Source: Neophaeotheca triangularis (taxonomy: Eukaryota). Taken from it: a stretch of 64,000 nucleotides of DNA. The stretch lies in NCBI GenBank assembly GCA_054600435.1, contig BAAIJX010000009.1:496001-560000 (forward strand), in the 5' to 3' direction. The notes below the pieces were generated by a model. The model did no database searches. It saw nothing but the letters and a program-made list of their open reading frames with translations, and was not told the DNA's origin. This document shows positions 57,530-64,000 of the stretch, piece after piece. The translations under genes and the position numbers were made by a program. Each line of letters begins with the position of its first letter. Within the stretch, counting starts at the first letter, position 1.

Positions 57530-60500
57530 TCAAAGCTCATCTTTCGCCCCATCAATCCCTGAACTCAGCTCATCCCCATACTCCCTCGACTCCTGCGTCT
57601 TGAGCCTCTCCAACTGATCATGCACATACCGGTTAATAGGATCATCTGGATCGTCGGGATTGCCACCAGCACTACCCGGCGCACCAGCTTCACCATCCTC
57701 CTTGTAAATGCTCCAGCTCCTGCTAGGCGGGCCGTTGCTCCTAGCGCCAAAATCCGTCTTGGCGTCGGCGTTGTCCTCATCGTCGTCGTCGGCGTCGCTG
57801 CCGGCGCCGTAGTCGCTGCGGGCGCCGATGGAGCGGGTTGTTGTGGTGCTGCGGGCGAGCTCTGCCGGGCGGCGGCCGCCTAGCGAAGCGCGCCGTTGCC
57901 GGCTGAAGACGTCGTCGAAGTAGTGGGCGGCGGCGGCGCCGGGCGTGCGGGGAGTTTGCGGGAGGCGGCAGTTGACGCTGGAGGTGGAGGTTAGTACTGA
58001 GGTCAGGGGGTGGAAGGAGGAGGGCTTACCCAGTGTCGTGGATCATCTTGGCCATGAGGCCGGTCCAGCCGCACTGGTGGCTGGCGCCGAGACCACGTCC
58101 GCTGTCGCCGTCGAAGAATTCGTAGAACCAGAAGTAGTCCTTCCAGTGCGGATCAAAGTCAAGCATGTCGTTGCCGTCGTTGATGCTGCGACGGCCGGTC
58201 TCGTTGCGCGTCATCAGGTGTTGAAGTCTGTGTTGGAGTTCCTCGGCGACATGACCAAGGTGCATGTAGTCGCCGCTGCCAGTCGGGCATTCCACCTTGA
58301 AGGTGTTGCCGTAAAACATGTAGAAGCGCAGGAGGGATTCGATGAGGAGGAAGTTAACAGCAATCCAGACGGGACCGCGCCAGTTGCTGTTGCCACCGAA
58401 GAGGCCACTGTCGGAGTCGCCAGGGACGTAGCTCACACTATAGGTTTGGCCATTGACGTCCATGGAGACGGGGTTGTCTTTGTGGTGTTTGGACAAGCTG
58501 CGAATACCGCCCTCGGAGAGGAACTCCTCAGGTTTGAGCATGTAGTGAAGGATGCTGCGGAGGCGATCCTCGTTCACGAGCGAGAGCAGAAGGCGCTTAT
58601 CCTTACCGCGGCGCGTCATGGAAGCGATGTTGCGGCCGGCGACATCATGGCGGTTCTTGATAAACCAATCCAGACGCTTTTTGAACTGCGGGAGCTTGTC
58701 GATGACTTGTGGCTCGAGGGTGAGGGTGGCATACATGGGGATGAGACCGACGAGAGATCGCACAGGCATTTGGTGTGCCCACGGTCCACCCCAAGAGATC
58801 GCGTCGTAGTAGAAGCCGTCTTCTTCATTCCAGAGTGATTTGTGTTCGCTACCCTTGCGGTATTGCATGGCGTCGGAGATCAGTATGAAGTGCTCAAAAA
58901 ACTTGTTCGCAATGTCTTCGTAGATGCGGCGGTGCTTGGCGAGTTCTAGGGCGATGTTGAGCATGCTCAGGCAGTAAAAGCCCATCCAGCCGGTTGCATC
59001 GGCTTGCTCGAGCTGACCACCGGTAGGCAGAGGGTCGGAACGGTTGAACAGGCCAATGTTGTCGAGACCCAGGAAGCCTCCTTCGAACACGTTCTTGCCG
59101 TCAGCATCCTTGCGATTGCACCACCAGGTAAAGTTTAGCAGCAGCTTCTGAAAGACCTTCTCGAGGAAGTCCAGATCCTCGCGGCCGTACATCTTGCGCT
59201 CCATCTTGAATGTGCGAAAAGTGGCCCAGGCGTGAACGGGCGGATTGACGTCGCTAAAGTTCCACTCGTACGCCGGAAGCTGTCCGTTGGGATGCATGTA
59301 CCATTCGCGAGTGAAGAGGTCCAACTGCTTCTTGGCAAACTCCGGGTCGACCAATGCTATCGGTATGCAGTGGAAAGCCGAATCCCATGCGGCAAAAAAG
59401 GGATACTCCCAGGAATCAGGCATCGAGAGGATATCGTCCAGGTGCATGTGCTTCCATTGCGAGTTGCGGACGGCTTTGCGAGAAGGAGGCGGAGGGGGCA
59501 TAGCTGGGTCACCATTGGCCCATTGATCCCAAATGAAGTGGTAGTATTGTTTGCACCACATCATGCCGGAGAGGGCTTGGCGTTGGATATTACGGAGGTC
59601 GTCAGACATGGGCATTGGGTTGATCTTCCAGTAGAATTCGTCAGCTTCGGCAAGACGCTGATCCATGGCGTCGTCAAAAGCCTCCTCGTCGAGATAGCCT
59701 TCCTTTTGGTGCTTAGTGATGCGGAAACGGACGACCGCGCAGTCACCCGGAGCTACACCATGGCCTTGGTCGAAAGCGTACCATGCTGCGCTCTTGGTAC
59801 CGGTCTGATTTGGGTTGACAGCCTTGGTATCGCCCTTGACGACGCGCTTGTGGAAAGCGTCCTTGACGTAGGGGGTCGCATTCTTGGTACCCCAAAGGTC
59901 CTTGAAATTGGTGTCGTTGTCCGTGAACAGCATCTTGGGCTCAATGTCCTCGTCCTTTCCACAGCTGTTGGGAGATGGCGAGCACTGGAAGTAGCGATTG
60001 CCGAGTTCACGGTGCTTGATTTCGGAAGTCAGAGGGCCGGTCTGGTGAATGTTGGGCCTGTAATCGTCGTAACCCCAAGCCCAGGTGTTCCGGAACCAGA
60101 CGTGCGGCAGGATGTGCAGCTTGGCTGCCTCAGAGCCGCGGTTGTAAGCAGTGACTCGGAACATGAGCTCGTCCGGCTCGTCAGCCTCCTTTGCAGTCTC
60201 GATGAAGATGTCCCAGTATTTGTTGTCCTTGAAGGCGTCGGTGTCGATAAGGTTGTACTCGCGCTCTTTTTTTGATCTCTTTGCGTTTTCTTTGACAATT
60301 TTCTCGTAGGGGAACTCGGTCTGCGGGAGCTTGTAGAGAAACTTCATGTAGGAGTGCTGGACAGTGTCAGCCGTTGACTCGCAAGCACATTGGCGATGGT
60401 ACTTACAGTGGGGGTGTTGTCAAGGTGGAAATGAGCTTCCTTGATACTCTCGCCGTGGACACCCTGAGGGTTCGAGAGACCAAACAGGCGCTCCTTGAGG

Positions 60501-60900
60501 TGGCCACTAGGGAGGAATTAGTGTCAATCCAAAGCTGCCGGCAGGGACGGGTTTACTGACTCCTTCTCATTCCAAAAAGCAAAGGCAATGTTCATCCTCC
60601 CGTGAGTGTCGGAAACACCAGCAATACCGTCCTCGCCCCATCTGAAGGCTCGGCTGCGGGCCATGTCGTAGGTGAAGTGACTCCAGGCATCTCCGTCGTG
60701 GCTGTGGGAAAGAAGTTAGCAAGACCGCTCGCTGGGAGAAAGACCAGATCGGGAACTCACGAGTAGTCCTCTCGCACAGTAGCCCACTGCCTCTCAGCAA
60801 CGTAGGGACCAAACTGCTTCCAGTACTTTGTCCTCTCACGGTCCTCCTTCAGCCTTCGCTCTTCGGTGCTGAGCACTTCCTTCTTGTCTACGATGACCAT
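57530..60900 (-). CDS. GH63-like (alpha/alpha)6 glycosidase, YMR196W-like (5 exons)
   Basis: [79 protein letters not shown]; last intron about 57978-58029. Confidence 0.92.
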
Positions 60901-61627
60901 GTCGACGACTGCCTAGCCCGAGGCAGGCTGTCAGGCGTGGGAATGGGTCTTTGTTGTCTGACTGAGGAAACGGCGGTGGGACGTGGTTATTCCAGCGAGT
61001 GGGTGAGGGAGCGAGGGTAGTTTGCTTGTTGACGAGGTGGGGCGAGCGTGGAGATAGCGAGAGTGTGGGTAGGTACTGTATGAATTCCCTGTGCAATATG
61101 TACTAGCGTACAGGAAAAAGGATGCCGAGCTACTAGCAGCAGGGCGGTGGTGAGGCAAGAGGTGGATATGAAGCGAATGTGGATGGGAGATAGTGGATGG
61201 AGATGCGGTGGTGGTGGTGGTGTAGCTTGTCAAGGGCAAGCTTCCAGGTCAGGTAGGTCAAACAAACAATATTGAGGGAGATACCAGGCAGGCACCTACA
61301 GTACCCAAGGTAGGTAAGGTAGGTAGTAAGTGGTGATGGGAAAGAACCTTGGATTGATGAGGCTCTTCTCTTTCCTCTTGCATGTGCCTGGCAGGCGAAA
61401 TGCAAGCAAGCAGCCACACTTTGATTTCCCTTGGGAACTGCATGCAGCATGAGCCGGTCTTTAGCGAGTCTGGATTGGTGATAGTCTGGCGGGACGCCAA
61501 CACCCATCAACACGTACTAATAGGTACCGTATTCGGCCCATTCGTCTTGTCGCCGCCCTCAACGCTCAAAAACCTGAAGGTAAAGTACATTTAGTACACA
61601 CTTGCGACGGCCACGGTGCCACCTCAC

Positions 61628-61828
61628 GATAAGCATGCAACGTGTGTTCATTACTTATCAAGTCTTATCTACAGCGGCGTCCATAGAGACTACTAGTACA
61701 TAGTAGGTAGGCAAGTAGGTTAGGCGTGTCGGTACAAGACTGAGGACCCCATCGTATCGCTTCCGGATCGCCGTTTGTCTCGAAACCCGATCAGGATAAG
61801 ATGAAGATTCCTGACAAGATAAGATAAG
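61628..61828. promoter_or_regulatory. Cluster of six GATAAG sites in the divergent GH63/TRP2 promoter
   Basis: GATAAG at 61628, 61795, 61818, 61823; CTTATC at 61654, 61664. Confidence 0.45.
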
Positions 61829-62022
61829 ATCTTGAAGCTAAGCTAGGTGGGACTCGCCGAGTTGGAAATTGTTGGAGCGACTCGTCTATGACTGCGACTG
61901 ACACATCCCCTCGTCGACGAACCCCCTGCGGTGATGCTTTGCGCATGAATCTATGCTGCTCGCCGTACCATCGTTTGTGTTTTTGACCTCTCCCCGACCG
62001 GTGCCATAGCACGGAAAGCAAC

Positions 62023-63823
62023 ATGGCCGGTGTAAGGAGCTCTACCACATAACCACACATCCATACAACGCAAAAGCTGACAGACTCCAAGACATCCGTC
62101 CAACCCACCTTTGATCATGTCCAGAGCATCGTTGATGCCGGGAACAAACTCCCCAACGCCCCCAATCTGGTGCCAATATGCGCCTCCATGTCCTCCGAAT
62201 TCCTCACTCCCTCCGCCATCTACCTCAAGATAGCCGCAAAGTCCGTTTCAAAAGAGCAGACAGCAGCATTCGGCCACATACTAATACTACTGCAGTTCTT
62301 CCTCCGACTACTCGTTCCTCTTCGAGTCCGCAGCCACCACTGAGACCATTGGTCGTTACAGTTTTGTCGGCACCAACCCTCGCAAGCTCCTCCTCTCGGG
62401 ACCCAAGCATGGCCTCGAAGCAGACCCTCTACCCGCTCTACAGAACGAGCTCGAGCAATATCGCGTGGCCGATGTCCCTTCACTGCGGCTTCCGCCCATG
62501 ACGGGCGGCGCCATTGGTTACGTTGGCTACGACTGCGTCAAATACTTTGAGCCAAAGACAAAGCGAGACATGAAAGATGTTCTGGAAATACCGGAGAGTC
62601 TGTTTATGCTATGCGACACCGTCATCGCCATGGACCACTTCTTCCAAAAAGTCCAGGTCATTACTTACGTCCACGTCCCCGGCCCCAACGTCGGCGAAGG
62701 AGCCCTCCGGACCGCCTACGATCAAGCAACAAAGTCGATCCACAAGACACTATCCACACTCCGCAACCAAGAAACGCCCCTCCCACCTCAACCCCCTATT
62801 ACCCTCGGCAACGACTTCACCTCCAACGTCGGCCGCTCGGGCTACGAATCCCACGTCACAAACCTAAAGCGACACATCGTAGCAGGCGATATCATCCAAG
62901 CAGTTCCCTCGCAACGTATCGCCCGCCCAACCGCCCTCCACCCCTTCAACATCTATCGCCACCTCCGAACCGTCAACCCCTCCCCTTACCTCTTCTACCT
63001 CTCCCTCCGCGACTTTCAAATTATCGGCGCCTCTCCAGAACTACTCGTCAAAAAAGACCCCCTAACCTCGCGCATCATAACCCACCCAATCGCGGGCACA
63101 GTAAAACGCGGCTCAACCCCGGCCGCCGACGCAGCCCTCGCGCACTCCCTCCGCACCTCCCTCAAAGACCGTGCCGAACACGTCATGCTCGTTGACCTCG
63201 CCCGCAACGACATCAACCGAGTCTGCGACCCGCTCACAACCCGCGTAGACCGCCTAATGGTCGTGCAAAAGTTTTCGCACGTCCAACACCTGACGTCGGA
63301 AGTCAGCGGTCTGCTCCGCGCCGACAAAACCCGCTTCGACGCTTTCCGCTCCATCTTCCCGGCCGGCACCGTCAGCGGCGCCCCTAAAGTGCGCGCTATG
63401 GAACTCATCGCCGAGCTCGAGGGCGAGAAACGCGGCGTCTATGCTGGCAGCGTTGGGTATTTTGGCTACAACACTGTCACTGTCGATGGCGAGAAAGCTG
63501 GTGCCGAGGAGGAAGGGGCTATGGATACATGCATTGCGCTGAGGACTATGATGACTAAAGATGGGGTTTGCTATTTGCAGGCTGGCGGGGGGATTGTTTT
63601 CGATAGTGACGAGGGTGAGGAGTTTGAGGAGACTGTTAACAAGTTGGCTGCGAATGTTCGGTGTGTGGAGGGTGCTGAGAGGGCGGTCTGGGAGGAGCAG
63701 CGGATGGAGCAGGATGCTGGGGAGGGCATTGAGGGGGCGGAGGCGAAGGCTGTGCCCGGGGGTGAGATTGGACAGGTCAGGAAGGAGGATGGCGATGTTA
63801 AGGTTAGCTTGGGAGGTGGGTAA
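62023..63823 (+). CDS. TRP2: Anthranilate synthase component I (3 exons)
   Basis: LTPSAIYLK, SFLFESA..GRYSF, GDIIQAVPSQR, NPSPY, PIAGTVKRG, AEHVMLVDLARND, FPAGTVSGAPKVRAM, MDTCIALRT, LQAGGGIV. Confidence 0.97.
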
Positions 63824-64000
63824 AAACTCTCCGCAATAGAAGTGTTGGCGGTGAATGTAGTCTGGAATGTCGGATGATCGAAGCTCTCGAGATCTCAACA
63901 CTTCAGCATTCCATGGACCCAAAATCTGCTAACTGTGCTTCACACTGTGTGCAGCTGAATCTTGTTGCCCACTGGGATTAATGAGACTTGCCCATCGTGT

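Overview
This is an intron-rich filamentous ascomycete genomic window (Pezizomycotina; Dothideomycete-like by inference). Conserved genes are acylphosphatase, alternative oxidase, SCJ1-type ER DnaJ, a PuuE/PgdA-like deacetylase, Mediator Med13, an ML-domain protein, a GPI-anchored CFEM protein, an MFS hexose transporter, peroxisomal alcohol oxidase, RPL30, RPL10, a TFIIIC subunit-6-like protein, a Vps62-like protein, a GH63-like glycosidase and anthranilate synthase I. The left end (about 1-1600) is a repeat-rich, RIP-like degenerate region. The most unusual part is an accessory-looking island at about 43.2-57 kb. It holds (i) two intact copies and one intron-less, frameshifted copy of an unrecognised small protein, (ii) two tRNA-like A-box/B-box (Pol III) elements, each divergent from a family member, and (iii) an atypical HSPA12-like Hsp70 head-to-head with a coiled-coil protein whose C-terminus resembles GrpE. 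Other oddities are a hevein domain inside the Vps62-like protein, an apparent GA-AG intron, and recurrent C/A-rich to G/T-rich skew switches. Family calls come from manual motif recognition and splice sites were read by eye; no database searches were run.
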